From the NCBI GenBank assembly GCA_045652085.1, contig JAZRTR010000043.1, positions 3,613-67,612 of the forward strand: DNA of 64,000 bases, written 5' to 3'. Numbering within the stretch: the first letter of the stretch is position 1; every line of letters starts with the position of its first letter. Shown here piece by piece: positions 47,412 through 56,522 of the stretch. Under the pieces are notes generated by a model. The model searched no databases. It was not told the origin of the DNA and saw only the letters and a program-made list of their open reading frames with translations. Source of the stretch: Akkermansia sp. (GTDB taxonomy: Bacteria; Verrucomicrobiota; Verrucomicrobiia; Verrucomicrobiales; Akkermansiaceae). A program made the position numbers and the translations under genes.

Positions 47412-49009
47412 TGAACCGCAAGAATATCATAGGTTTGTTGCTCATATTGGCAGCCGGGCTTGGCTGTGTGGCGGAGCTGTGCGGGTGGTTGATACCCACC
47501 ATTTCATGGCCCTTTACCGTGAGCCGTGAGATGAATCTGCTCTCGGCTCCCGGTGATTGGATGCCGCTACTGGAGGTAAATGGGCGCTTTCACTGGTTTG
47601 GCTGGGTAAGCATGCTGATGGTAGCCGGGGCTGGGCTTTACCTCTTGCTGCGCCGCTATGGTAGCATGCGGGTTGCGCCTGCAATAGCTCGCCGCTGGGC
47701 TAAGTTTCGCAGATTTAAACGTGGGTACTGGTCTCTGATGCTGCTCATGCTACTCATGCTGCTGGCCGCGCTGGACCAGAGTGTGGTGGGCAAGCGTGCC
47801 TTGCTTGTGCTCCATGAGGACTCTATTTATCTGCCTGCTTTCAGCCGTGATATTTATACCGGTGCGGATTTCGGGCTTACCGGTAATGAGGCCCTGGCAG
47901 AAGCTGATTATCGCAAGCTGAAGGAGGAGTGCGGTAAGCCTGGCATGCCCTCCGTCGTCATCATGCCGCTTATTCCGTATGATGCCACGATGGACGTTGT
48001 GCCTTTTCCCACGGAGCGCCTTCCTATGAACGGTGGCCGTGTGTATACTCAGGATGGTGAGAATCTATATAATGGCCAAGCCTGCCGCTTGTATCCGAAT
48101 GGGCGTACACATTTGAGAATGCGTTTCCGCCAAGGTGTGCCTGATGGCCACGCTCAGGGGTGGACTGAGGACGGCCGCGAAGTGTTTACCGCCACGTATC
48201 GTGCGGGTGAGGTGGCTGAGAGTTATTACTGGGGTGAAGGCAATCAGCAGGATTTCCTCGCGCTGACCAGCCCGGATGAAGTATGCCGCGTGTATTATCA
48301 TCCTGCGCCTCCGCTTACAGGTGGGCACCTGCTGGGTACCAACAGTCAGGGGGCTGATATCGCGGCTTATTTGTACGGCGGCTTGCAGGTAAACATAAAA
48401 GCGGCACTTTTTTACATACCTGCCATTTATGTTATCGGCTTGACGCTCGGAATGCTGATGGGGTATTTTGGCGGAGCAACAGATTTGCTTACTCAGCGCG
48501 TTATTGAGGTGTTTTCTCAGTTGCCCTTCCTGTTTGTTGTGATGGTTTTGGCTGACTTTGTGCCGCATGAGTTGCGCGGTATGTTCCTTATATTAAGTCT
48601 TCTGGCCGCGTTCGGATGGATTCATATCACCTATTTGGTGCGAACTGCCACCATGAAGGAGAAAACACGTGATTATGTGGCTGCTGCACGTGTAATGGGT
48701 GCTGGCCCCTGCCATATCCTCATCCGCCATATCCTGCCGAATCTCACCGGAATCATTGTCACCTTGCTGCCTTTCAGTCTGGCAGCGGTGGTGCTTTCTC
48801 TCGCCTCCCTGGATTATATGGGATTTGGCCTTCCTGACACGTATGCCAGTTGGGGACGCCTGCTGAATGATGGTCTTTCCAAATTGTCTTGCCCCTGGGT
48901 GGTATCTTCTGCTTTCTTCTCGCTGGTCATCGTGTTGGTTCTCGTCACATTTGTGGGGGAGGCCGTGAGAGAATCCGTAGATCCGCGCCGCCACACCTAT
49001 TACGAATGA
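47411..49009 (+). CDS. peptide-type ABC transporter permease (DppC/YejE-like) with ~300-aa N-terminal extension containing MORN-like repeats
   Basis: C-terminal half has the BPD permease core (DYVAAARVMGAGPCHILIRHILPNLTG). The extension contains YTQDGENLYNGQACRLYPNGRTHLRMRFRQGVPDGHAQGWTEDGREVFTATYRAGE. Confidence 0.8.
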   Translation: MNRKNIIGLLLILAAGLGCVAELCGWLIPTISWPFTVSREMNLLSAPGDWMPLLEVNGRFHWFGWVSMLMVAGAGLYLLLRRYGSMRVAPAIARRWAKFRRFKRGYWSLMLLMLLMLLAALDQSVVGKRALLVLHEDSIYLPAFSRDIYTGADFGLTGNEALAEADYRKLKEECGKPGMPSVVIMPLIPYDATMDVVPFPTERLPMNGGRVYTQDGENLYNGQACRLYPNGRTHLRMRFRQGVPDGHAQGWTEDGREVFTATYRAGEVAESYYWGEGNQQDFLALTSPDEVCRVYYHPAPPLTGGHLLGTNSQGADIAAYLYGGLQVNIKAALFYIPAIYVIGLTLGMLMGYFGGATDLLTQRVIEVFSQLPFLFVVMVLADFVPHELRGMFLILSLLAAFGWIHITYLVRTATMKEKTRDYVAAARVMGAGPCHILIRHILPNLTGIIVTLLPFSLAAVVLSLASLDYMGFGLPDTYASWGRLLNDGLSKLSCPWVVSSAFFSLVIVLVLVTFVGEAVRESVDPRRHTYYE

Positions 49010-51216
49010 AGACGCCTGATGCCAGATTTTTTCGTTGTGTGAACCGATGGTTGCTTCTCGCCGGTTTGGGGGTGACTACCCTGCTGTGCAGCAGCAGCTG
49101 TGATGGTGATGGGGCTGCAGATGGCCCCGCTTGGACGCCTCCGCCGGATTACACCATGCCGGATGCTTTCACGGCCGGAGAGGATGTGCCGACCTATGCT
49201 CGCCTTTGGACGATGCCTAAGGGCTTTCAGGGCTTTACTGAGCGCTGGAACAGGCGTAATGCTGCTCATGTACAGCAGGCGCTGGAGGGGCGCAGGGAAG
49301 AGTGTGTGAATGCTTTCGCACGCCGCCTCGGTGCTTGTCCTGGCACCCGCGAGGCCGGCAGTGCTACTATCAGCACTCGCTCTGCTTTGCGTACGGCTGT
49401 TTCTCTCGGTGAGCGCCGTCGCTTGGGTGATTATCTCGTGTATAGAGAGGTGCAGGATATTCCCCGTGGGCTTGAATGGCAAGATGGACAGAATGAACCC
49501 GAGCTCGGCAGCCCGGAGGCTCGTAAGGGCGGTGTGCTGCGCCGTTCCCTGCAGCGTTCATTTCCCGGTACTCTTTGCCTTTTTGGGCCGAACAGTAATA
49601 ATTCCACACGCCGGTATATCTATGATGATTTTGATATTCCGCTCGTTCGTATTCATCCTGGTACTGGGCGTTTGATACCCGGCATCGCGAAGAAGTGGGC
49701 TGTTTCTGAGGACGGACGTACCGTGTATTTCATGCTGGATGAAAGCGTGCGTTTCTCCAATGGTGCACCTCTGACTTCCCGTGATTTCATTACATCACTT
49801 TTCGTCCGAACCTCAGATTACGCAGCAGAACCATTCTTTGCAAATTATTACCTGAGCCGTTTTTCCCGTATAACCATATATGGCAATGAAGCCATTGCTG
49901 TTACCTTGCAGGAGCCCATGCCGTCGGCTCCTTATTACGCCTCGATTCCGGCCAGTTGTACCCGCTTTTATGCTGAGTTCGGCCCGGATTATCCATCTCG
50001 TTACCTGTGGCGCCCCGCTCCTACTACTGGTGCTTACCGCGTGGCGACTGATGGCCTAATCATGGGCCGCCAGATTACCATGGAGAGAGTGCCTGACTGG
50101 TGGGGATACAATCGCCGCTACACACGTTACAGCTGTAATGTGGACCGAATCGTCTACTCCTTCATTGCTGAGACGTCTAAGGCCCGAGAGTTATTCCGCG
50201 TGGGGCAGCTGGATGTTTTTAATGCCCGTGAGGCTGATTTCTGGTATGAGGGGCTGGAAGTGCAGCCTGTGCATAACGGCTATATTCAGCGAGTTCATTT
50301 CAATAATATTTGGCCTCGTAACAGCCTAGGGATATATTTGAACTGCTCCCGACCGCCTTTCAATGACATCAACGTCCGCTTGGGCATGCATCATGCGCTG
50401 AATATTCAGGAGGTTATCAATACTGTGTTCCGTGGTGATTATGACCGCATGGGCTCATACTTCACCGGCTTTGGCCGCTTTACGAATCCGGATATTACGG
50501 CTAGGCCGTATTCCCCGGAGCTCGCTCGTGAGTATTTTGCCCGTGCCGGGTATACGATAGAAGGTGAGGACCGCATCCTCTGCCGCCCGGATGGCACACG
50601 CCTGCAGGTTGTCGTCAGTTCTCGCGTAGACCCCGTGTATGCCAACTGTATGAACCTGCTTCGTGAGGACGCTGCTGCCTGTGGTCTAGACCTTCGCTTT
50701 GAGCAGATGGATGACACCGTGTTCTTTAGCAAGGTGCGAGAGAAAAACTATACCGCCGGTATTTTCTCAGGAAGCTTCTCTCCCATCATTCCAGACCCCT
50801 CGCTCTACTTCCTTTCCCAGTACGCTTACACGCCGGATGGTACACCGATGAAAGGCAGCGCGAACGTAACAGCCACGGCCTCGCCCGAGATGGATGAAGC
50901 CATTCTAGCCTGCCAAACTGCACGCACGGAGGAGGAGGCTGTCGCGGCTCATCATCGTGTGCAGCAGCTTATTCATGACGAGGCTTGCTGGGTACCGGGA
51001 TGGACTGCCGCATACTCGCGTTTTGCTCAGTGGCGCTGGCTGAAATGGCCGCAGACTTCGGATTGTAACTTCTGTCCTCCCCGCTATGCGGACCCGCTGG
51101 ATAGCCATCTGTACTGGATAGATGAAGAAGAGCGTGCGCGCACGATGCGCGCCCGAACTGCAAATGAAAGTTTCCCTGAGCAGGAGATAGACGTGCCGCT
51201 TCCTGCTGAACATTAA
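49006..51216 (+). CDS. family-5 (Opp/Dpp/YejA-like) extracellular solute-binding lipoprotein
   Basis: ATGA overlap with the permease stop. Lipobox TTLLCSSSC. SBP_bac_5-like body. The track ORF start at 48889 is an in-frame upstream artefact. Confidence 0.8.
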   Translation: MKTPDARFFRCVNRWLLLAGLGVTTLLCSSSCDGDGAADGPAWTPPPDYTMPDAFTAGEDVPTYARLWTMPKGFQGFTERWNRRNAAHVQQALEGRREECVNAFARRLGACPGTREAGSATISTRSALRTAVSLGERRRLGDYLVYREVQDIPRGLEWQDGQNEPELGSPEARKGGVLRRSLQRSFPGTLCLFGPNSNNSTRRYIYDDFDIPLVRIHPGTGRLIPGIAKKWAVSEDGRTVYFMLDESVRFSNGAPLTSRDFITSLFVRTSDYAAEPFFANYYLSRFSRITIYGNEAIAVTLQEPMPSAPYYASIPASCTRFYAEFGPDYPSRYLWRPAPTTGAYRVATDGLIMGRQITMERVPDWWGYNRRYTRYSCNVDRIVYSFIAETSKARELFRVGQLDVFNAREADFWYEGLEVQPVHNGYIQRVHFNNIWPRNSLGIYLNCSRPPFNDINVRLGMHHALNIQEVINTVFRGDYDRMGSYFTGFGRFTNPDITARPYSPELAREYFARAGYTIEGEDRILCRPDGTRLQVVVSSRVDPVYANCMNLLREDAAACGLDLRFEQMDDTVFFSKVREKNYTAGIFSGSFSPIIPDPSLYFLSQYAYTPDGTPMKGSANVTATASPEMDEAILACQTARTEEEAVAAHHRVQQLIHDEACWVPGWTAAYSRFAQWRWLKWPQTSDCNFCPPRYADPLDSHLYWIDEEERARTMRARTANESFPEQEIDVPLPAEH

Positions 51217-51233
51217 AGCCCCGCATTTATATT

Positions 51234-52214
51234 ATGTCTGACGAAAATCTGCTGCAAGTTCACCATCTCACTACGGCCTTTGATTCAGAGGTTGGTCTGT
51301 TGCAAGCGGTGGATGATGTGAGCTTTAATGTGCCGCGCGGGCAGTGTGTGGGCATTGTGGGCGAGAGCGGTTGCGGTAAGAGTGTGACGGCGATGAGCCT
51401 GTTACGCCTGCTGCCAAAACCGCACAGCCATATTCTGGGCGGAAAGGTGCTTTTTGATGGTGAAGATATACTGCGAATGAAGCCCCGCAGGCTTAATGAG
51501 GTGCGTGGCGGCAGAATCGGCTTTATTTTTCAGGAGCCTATGAGCGCTCTTAATCCGGTGCACCGCGTAGGTGACCAGATAGCGGAAACTCTTATGCTGC
51601 ACCGCGGTATGTCACGTGATGCCGCTTGGCTGGAGGCTATCAATATGCTGCACTTTGTGCGTATTCCGGATCCAGAATCGCGCGTGAAAGAGTTTCCCGG
51701 CTCTCTCTCCGGGGGTATGCGCCAGCGTGTAGTGATTGCTATCGCTCTGGCTTGTCGTCCTGAGCTCATCATTGCTGATGAGCCGACTACTGCGCTGGAT
51801 GTCACCGTCCAGCAGCAGATTCTTGCCCTTATCCGTGAACTGCGTGAAAAAATGGGCTCTTCAGCCGTGCTTATTACACATGATTTGGGGGTGATTGCGC
51901 AGAACTGTGACCGGGTAGTGGTGATGTATGCCGGCCGTGTGGTGGAAAGTGCCGGGGTGAAAGAGCTCTTTGCTAATCCTCGGCATGCCTATACCAAGGC
52001 CTTGCTCGCCTCCATGCCGCGCCTAGAATACCCCAGAAAGAGCCATCTGCCCACCATTCCCGGTCAGGTGGCCGCCATTCGTGACTACGTGCCCGGTTGT
52101 CGCTTTTGCCAGCGTTTGGCGCGCACGGGGGATACGTTAAAGAAGCGCCCTCCCATGGTGGAAGTTGCTCCCGGGCACCTGGTGGAAGCATGCCCGCTGT
52201 GTGCTCAGTTCTGA
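51234..52214 (+). CDS. peptide-type ABC transporter ATP-binding protein (OppD/DppD-like)
   Basis: GESGCGKS Walker A, LSGGMRQR signature, IIADEPTTALD Walker B, C-terminal oligopeptide-ATPase extension with Cys residues. Confidence 0.9.
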   Translation: MSDENLLQVHHLTTAFDSEVGLLQAVDDVSFNVPRGQCVGIVGESGCGKSVTAMSLLRLLPKPHSHILGGKVLFDGEDILRMKPRRLNEVRGGRIGFIFQEPMSALNPVHRVGDQIAETLMLHRGMSRDAAWLEAINMLHFVRIPDPESRVKEFPGSLSGGMRQRVVIAIALACRPELIIADEPTTALDVTVQQQILALIRELREKMGSSAVLITHDLGVIAQNCDRVVVMYAGRVVESAGVKELFANPRHAYTKALLASMPRLEYPRKSHLPTIPGQVAAIRDYVPGCRFCQRLARTGDTLKKRPPMVEVAPGHLVEACPLCAQF

Positions 52215-52236
52215 GTTTTTTCTATATATTTAATGC

Positions 52237-52277
52237 AAAAAACCGCTGCACGTCGGAACGTGCAGCGGTTTTGTCTT
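52237..52277. terminator. bidirectional hairpin terminator between the ABC ATPase gene and convergent greA
   Basis: AAAAA-ACCGCTGCACG-TCGGAA-CGTGCAGCGGT-TTTGTCTT. Confidence 0.7.
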
Positions 52278-52297
52278 AAAAGCGTTGTGTGGCTTTA

Positions 52298-54262
52298 TCA
52301 GGCCTCACCATCAGGGAAGATGAGCTCCTTGGGAGCGGGTACGATGGACTTAATCGTCATCTTGACCTGCTCGCCACCCAGCTCAAGGGGCAGGCGCAGG
52401 CTGTCACCCACCTTGTAGCCGATGAGCTTGGCACCAAGCTTGGAGGTGTAGGGAACCACGTTCTTCTCGGGCTCGGAGTCCCAAGCGCCCAGAATGGTGT
52501 ACACCACCTTCTGGCCCTTGTCTGTCTCGAAGTGTACCTGAGTACCCATGCCGGTCTGCTCGCAGGTGGCATTGGAGAAGTCTGTGGGCTCGGCTTGTGA
52601 GAGCAGGCGGGAGAGCTCCTCAGAACGGCGCATGAGCACCTGGCGCGTGGCCTTGGCGTCCTGATAACCGCCGTTCTCACGAAGGTCACCTTCAGCGCGG
52701 GTGATTTCCAAGTCATGCTTATTCTTGGGAATGCGTACATTGACGATATCCTCGTACTCAGCTTTACGAGCAGCGAAGGAACGCAGGGATACGTACAGAT
52801 TCTGCTTCTCCTTCACCTGTACGCGGGAGAGAACTACCTCCTGCAAAGAGGGATGTACCTTCATCATGTTGGCCAGCAGGAGATTGCGGTCCAAATCCGG
52901 CAGTACGGAAGAATCATACAGGGACTTGGCAAAGGGACGGGCCTCCAGCTCAGTAATACCGGTTACCAAATCAGGAGCAAGATCCTTGTCATCCATCAGC
53001 AGGTTGCGCAGGCGAAGAGCCTTGTTGGGACCGCCGTCAGCGCTGTCCTTCTCGATGGTGGCAATAATGGCAGCACCCAGAGACATCTTGGTCTTGTCCA
53101 CCAGCTCCTTAGCCATGCCGTTACGCTCCTTGCACACCCAAATGAGCACATCCGGGCTGAGGTTCTGGCGGGAGATGCCGTTCATGATATCAGAGAAGAG
53201 CTGCTCCTTGGCGCCCTTGGAGATAATGAAGTCAGCCGCGGCAGCTGTTACCTTGGGACCACCGAACAGGAAGATGTTGGTGGTGTAGGCCAGCCAGTTT
53301 TCAGGATAAGCCTCAGGCAGAGCCGTGTATACGGCATTCTGACGTGCCACAGAGAGCTCGCCGATGTAGTTTACCAGTTCTTCGGAGGGAATGGTCTGAA
53401 GCTTGTCAGCCAGAGTGGTCAGCTTCTCTACGCCGGCTGCGGTCAGTGCAGCATCAAACTCAGCCTGCTTGGCTTCATCCTTGCCATGTGTGCCTTCCAG
53501 AATGTCATCACGGATGATGATGAGCTCCAGAACATGCTGCGGCTCAGTGCGGTCGCGCTCAATGTCGTCCTCCATGGCCTTCACCAGCTTGGCGGCAATC
53601 TCGTACTCTCCGTTCAGGGCCTCAAGGCGTGCCTGATCCAGAATGCGCACGCAGCTTTCCAGCGTGGTGGCATCATTGTAGTCTGCCAAAAGGGCAGCAG
53701 CAGCACTGGCGGCCTCACGGGTCACGATAGCCTCACCGCGGCGGGTGGGCAGGCGGAAGCGGGGATCGTCACGCATGGCAGCGCGGGCTTTCTCCCACCA
53801 GGTCTTCCAGTTTTCTTCAGCAATGACGCGCCCGCTGAGGTATTTCTCCAAATCATCAGGCTGCATTTCCAGTACTTCTTCCACACCTTCGCGCAGGGAG
53901 TAGTTGTGCTCCAGTACGAAAGCGATGAACTCCAGAATCGTTTCCTTGCCCTCAGCCTTGGCCTTGCAACCGGCGGGGTCTTCAAAACACGTGACGAGGA
54001 AGTGGCCGGCAGGCACCGGCGTAAGCTGATTGAATGCCAGCTTCAGGCCCATCACGTAATTGGGATTTTTCTCGAAATTAATCTTGACGCGCTGCTTGGC
54101 AAGAGACCAAGCCTCCACCTTGCCGACGCCCCATTCCGGGTGCATCACGTAATTGGCAGGGGAGAACTTATCCAGCCTGGCTGCGAAATCGGCCGGAATC
54201 TTACCGGCTTTCACGAGTTTTTCTAAATCACCATGCATACGTGAATACAGTATATCATTCAT
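52298..54262 (-). CDS. greA: long-form transcription elongation factor GreA (large N-terminal extension)
   Basis: C-terminal ~150 aa are canonical Gre (GDLRENGGYQDAKATRQVLMRRSEEL...GTQVHFETDKGQKVVYTILGAWDSEPEKNVVPYTSKLGAKLIGYKVGDSL). N-terminal ~500 aa are extra and begin with a CarD/KOW-like HPEWGVGKVEAW. Long Gre factors are known from Chlamydiae. Confidence 0.8.
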   Translation of the reverse strand: MNDILYSRMHGDLEKLVKAGKIPADFAARLDKFSPANYVMHPEWGVGKVEAWSLAKQRVKINFEKNPNYVMGLKLAFNQLTPVPAGHFLVTCFEDPAGCKAKAEGKETILEFIAFVLEHNYSLREGVEEVLEMQPDDLEKYLSGRVIAEENWKTWWEKARAAMRDDPRFRLPTRRGEAIVTREAASAAAALLADYNDATTLESCVRILDQARLEALNGEYEIAAKLVKAMEDDIERDRTEPQHVLELIIIRDDILEGTHGKDEAKQAEFDAALTAAGVEKLTTLADKLQTIPSEELVNYIGELSVARQNAVYTALPEAYPENWLAYTTNIFLFGGPKVTAAAADFIISKGAKEQLFSDIMNGISRQNLSPDVLIWVCKERNGMAKELVDKTKMSLGAAIIATIEKDSADGGPNKALRLRNLLMDDKDLAPDLVTGITELEARPFAKSLYDSSVLPDLDRNLLLANMMKVHPSLQEVVLSRVQVKEKQNLYVSLRSFAARKAEYEDIVNVRIPKNKHDLEITRAEGDLRENGGYQDAKATRQVLMRRSEELSRLLSQAEPTDFSNATCEQTGMGTQVHFETDKGQKVVYTILGAWDSEPEKNVVPYTSKLGAKLIGYKVGDSLRLPLELGGEQVKMTIKSIVPAPKELIFPDGEA

Positions 54263-54339
54263 CTTGTCAAATTCAAGCCCCGAATTAGCTTTTTTTGCAT
54301 TTTTTTTATTTTTTATGAAAGAAAACGTAAAATGGAGGC

Positions 54340-54494
54340 GTATCTATTGCAAACACACGCACCAACTACCCGGTGAAGTGAAGTCACCCGAGTGACTCCG
54401 GTTTGCATTTCATAATAGTTAGTTAAAACGTACGCCTGAACGGCGCCGGAGGAGCGGGTGCTCCAACCGGCGCCGTTCTTTCTTTATCTCTTTT
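54340..54494 (+). ncRNA. candidate small RNA: structured region plus orphan strong intrinsic terminator
   Basis: No plus-strand gene lies upstream. TAAAAT at 54328-54333. Long-range stem TGCAAAC (54348-54354) / GTTTGCA (54401-54407) encloses CCGG..AGTCAC-CCGA-GTGACT-CCGG. Terminator GAACGGCGCCGG(AGGAGC-GGGT-GCTCC)AA CCGGCGCCGTTC followed by TTTCTTTATCTCTTTT (54438-54494). Confidence 0.3.
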
Positions 54495-54505
54495 AGTGAA
54501 ATGTT

Positions 54506-55111
54506 TTAGTGAGCGATGATGGCCTGCTCCCAGAGGTCCGGGCGGTGGAAGTCCGGCTGGGTGTCACAGGGCAGGGCGGTGGTGAGGAACACCTGGTCCG
54601 GTGATTTCAGAATGGCTGCTGCCGTGAGTTTGCAATCAGCCGGGCTGATGCCCACTTCTTCCAGAACCGCTGCGGGGATGATGGCACTGCAGCTCCAGCC
54701 GTCAGCCGAAGAGCTGCCAGTAGCCTGAATGCCCATCGGCTCCCAGTTTTCAAATCCGGGGGCGATGCAGCGCGGTGCACAGAAAACGGCGGCCCACCAA
54801 GCGCCGTTCGGGCTGAGATTGAACTCCATGTAGCGCTCTCCTCCTGGTGTTGTGATAAAAAACTCCGCCGCATCATAGCGCCACAGCTCTGCCTGAAAGA
54901 CTCCGCATTTGCCTTCCGGGTGCACCAGTGCAGGTGCTTTCCGGGCAGCGCTGAACTCCAAGCCCTCCGCAGTCAGCTTGAAGCTGTATTCGTACGGCGG
55001 CTCAACCGGCTGCCCGTACCACTCTTGCCTAATGCTCTGAACGTGCGCGTCTCCTGTAGAAATGATGCTTTTCATGCTCATCATCATAACATACATGGCG
55101 TGCGCGCGCAA
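54506..55111 (-). CDS. hypothetical protein (possible CBM9-like/carbohydrate-binding fold)
   Basis: AELWRYDAAEFFITTPGGERYMEFNLSPNGAWWAAVF resembles the CBM9-like pattern (weak, from memory). Start uncertain among several Met codons. Confidence 0.45.
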   Translation of the reverse strand: MRAHAMYVMMMSMKSIISTGDAHVQSIRQEWYGQPVEPPYEYSFKLTAEGLEFSAARKAPALVHPEGKCGVFQAELWRYDAAEFFITTPGGERYMEFNLSPNGAWWAAVFCAPRCIAPGFENWEPMGIQATGSSSADGWSCSAIIPAAVLEEVGISPADCKLTAAAILKSPDQVFLTTALPCDTQPDFHRPDLWEQAIIAH

Positions 55112-55202
55112 GAGAAGTTTTTATTAATTCAGAAAAATACAACAAAAAACGCCGATATAATGTAAAAATGGAACAAAATGCGACATTTTATGTAAAAAAG
55201 GC

Positions 55203-55231
55203 TTGCAAATTCAGAGAATTACGTGTATTCT
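55203..55231 (+). promoter_or_regulatory. candidate promoter upstream of rpoA (TTGCAA-N17-TATTCT)
   Basis: TTGCAA at 55203-55208, 17-nt spacer, TATTCT at 55226-55231. About 95 nt upstream of the rpoA ATG. Confidence 0.35.
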
Positions 55232-55326
55232 TCGCCCCGCGAGCTGCACAAAACCGACCGTTGGTCCTCCATTTCCACGGAAGTTGGCTCGCATGGAGGG
55301 AAACCCGGTCACACCATAAATACAAT

Positions 55327-56469
55327 ATGTCAGACGATCTGAACAACGAGCAGGAGGTCATTGAGTTGGCCCATTTCGAGATTCCGAACACACTCAAGCG
55401 CATTGAGGATCCGGAGGACCCCAATCACGTTACTTTCATTGCCGAGCCCATCGAGACGGGTTTCGGTCACACGCTGGGTAACTCCCTGCGTCGTGTGCTG
55501 CTCAGCTCCCTTGAGGGTGCCGCCATCACCAGCGTGCGTATCGCCGGTGCTCAGCACGAGTTCACCTCTCTGCCCGGCGTGGTGGAGGATGTGACTGAAA
55601 TTATCCTTAACCTGAAGAAGATTAAGTTTGCTCACCACGGCAAGGAGCCCCGCACTCTGTCCCTTCGCGTGACCAAGCAGGGCGTTGTAACCGCCGGTGA
55701 CATTCAGGAGGACCACATCTATTCCGTCGTTAACAAGGATCAGGTAATCTGCCACCTGGATCAGAGCACCATCTTTGACTGCGACTTCGAGGTGAATGTG
55801 GGCCGTGGCTTCTACACCGCTGAGGATAACAACGATAAGGACCGCGCTATCGGCGTCATTCCGATTGACTCCATCTTCTCCCCCGTTACCCGCGTGAAGT
55901 ACGCAGTGGATAACGCCCGCGTGGGTCAGATGACTGAGTTCGACAAGCTCGTGCTGGACGTCTGGACGGACGGTCGTGTAAGCCCGAACGATGCTATGCT
56001 TCAGGCCGCCAGCATCATGCGTCATCACCTTGACGTGTTCGTGGAGAGCGACAGCCGCCGCGTATCCTTCGACCGCGCTTCCGGTGGCGATGGCGATGCC
56101 AACACCGCTCAGCTCCGCAAGCTTCTGAACATGAGCGTGAACGAAATCGAGCTCTCTGTGCGTGCTGCTAACTGCCTTAACAACGCTAACATCACCACCG
56201 TGGGTCAGCTCGCCATGAAGACCGAGGCCGAAATGCTCAAGTACCGCAACTTCGGTAAGAAGTCCCTCAACGAAATTAAGGAGAAACTCGTACAGCACGG
56301 TCTGTCCTTGGGCATGCAGTTTGATTCCAAGCTTCTTTCCGCTCCCGGCAGCAGCCCCCGCCTGCGTGACGCTGATGAGCCCCGTGCTACGGACCTGCAG
56401 GCTCTCATCTCCCACAACATCGAGGCTTACGGCTTTGATGATGAGGACGAGGACGATTTCGACGAGTAA
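55327..56469 (+). CDS. rpoA: DNA-directed RNA polymerase subunit alpha, with acidic C-terminal tail
   Basis: From the internal Met at 55327: FIAEPIETGFGHTLGNSLRRVLLSSLEGAAITSVRI. CTD ELSVRAANCLNNANITTVGQL...NFGKKSLNEIKEKL. Extra tail ...GFDDEDEDDFDE. Confidence 0.95.
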   Translation: MSDDLNNEQEVIELAHFEIPNTLKRIEDPEDPNHVTFIAEPIETGFGHTLGNSLRRVLLSSLEGAAITSVRIAGAQHEFTSLPGVVEDVTEIILNLKKIKFAHHGKEPRTLSLRVTKQGVVTAGDIQEDHIYSVVNKDQVICHLDQSTIFDCDFEVNVGRGFYTAEDNNDKDRAIGVIPIDSIFSPVTRVKYAVDNARVGQMTEFDKLVLDVWTDGRVSPNDAMLQAASIMRHHLDVFVESDSRRVSFDRASGGDGDANTAQLRKLLNMSVNEIELSVRAANCLNNANITTVGQLAMKTEAEMLKYRNFGKKSLNEIKEKLVQHGLSLGMQFDSKLLSAPGSSPRLRDADEPRATDLQALISHNIEAYGFDDEDEDDFDE

Positions 56470-56522
56470 AGCTCCCTCCTTCCTATATAAACCTTCATTA
56501 CTAACATACACATTATAATATT

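Noticed and set aside
48889-49005. Upstream extension of the solute-binding protein ORF.
   Set aside because: It overlaps the end of the permease gene in another frame. The ATGA-coupled Met at 49006 is followed at once by a lipoprotein signal peptide.
52715-54226. 503-aa plus-strand ORF.
   Set aside because: Antisense to the long greA gene. Low-complexity G/L/V-rich translation with no motifs.
54340-54494. Considered as SRP (4.5S) RNA, 6S RNA or a riboswitch.
   Set aside because: It lacks the conserved SRP domain IV motif (GGAAGCAGCC context). It is too short and wrongly shaped for 6S. No plus-strand gene lies downstream for a riboswitch to control. It is kept only as an unclassified sRNA candidate.
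55168-55326. 53-codon N-terminal extension of rpoA in the track ORF.
   Set aside because: The extension covers the AT-rich promoter-like region and has no similarity to alpha subunits. The canonical N-terminus starts at the Met at 55327.
55330-56511. 393-aa minus-strand ORF.
   Set aside because: Antisense to rpoA, which is unambiguous.
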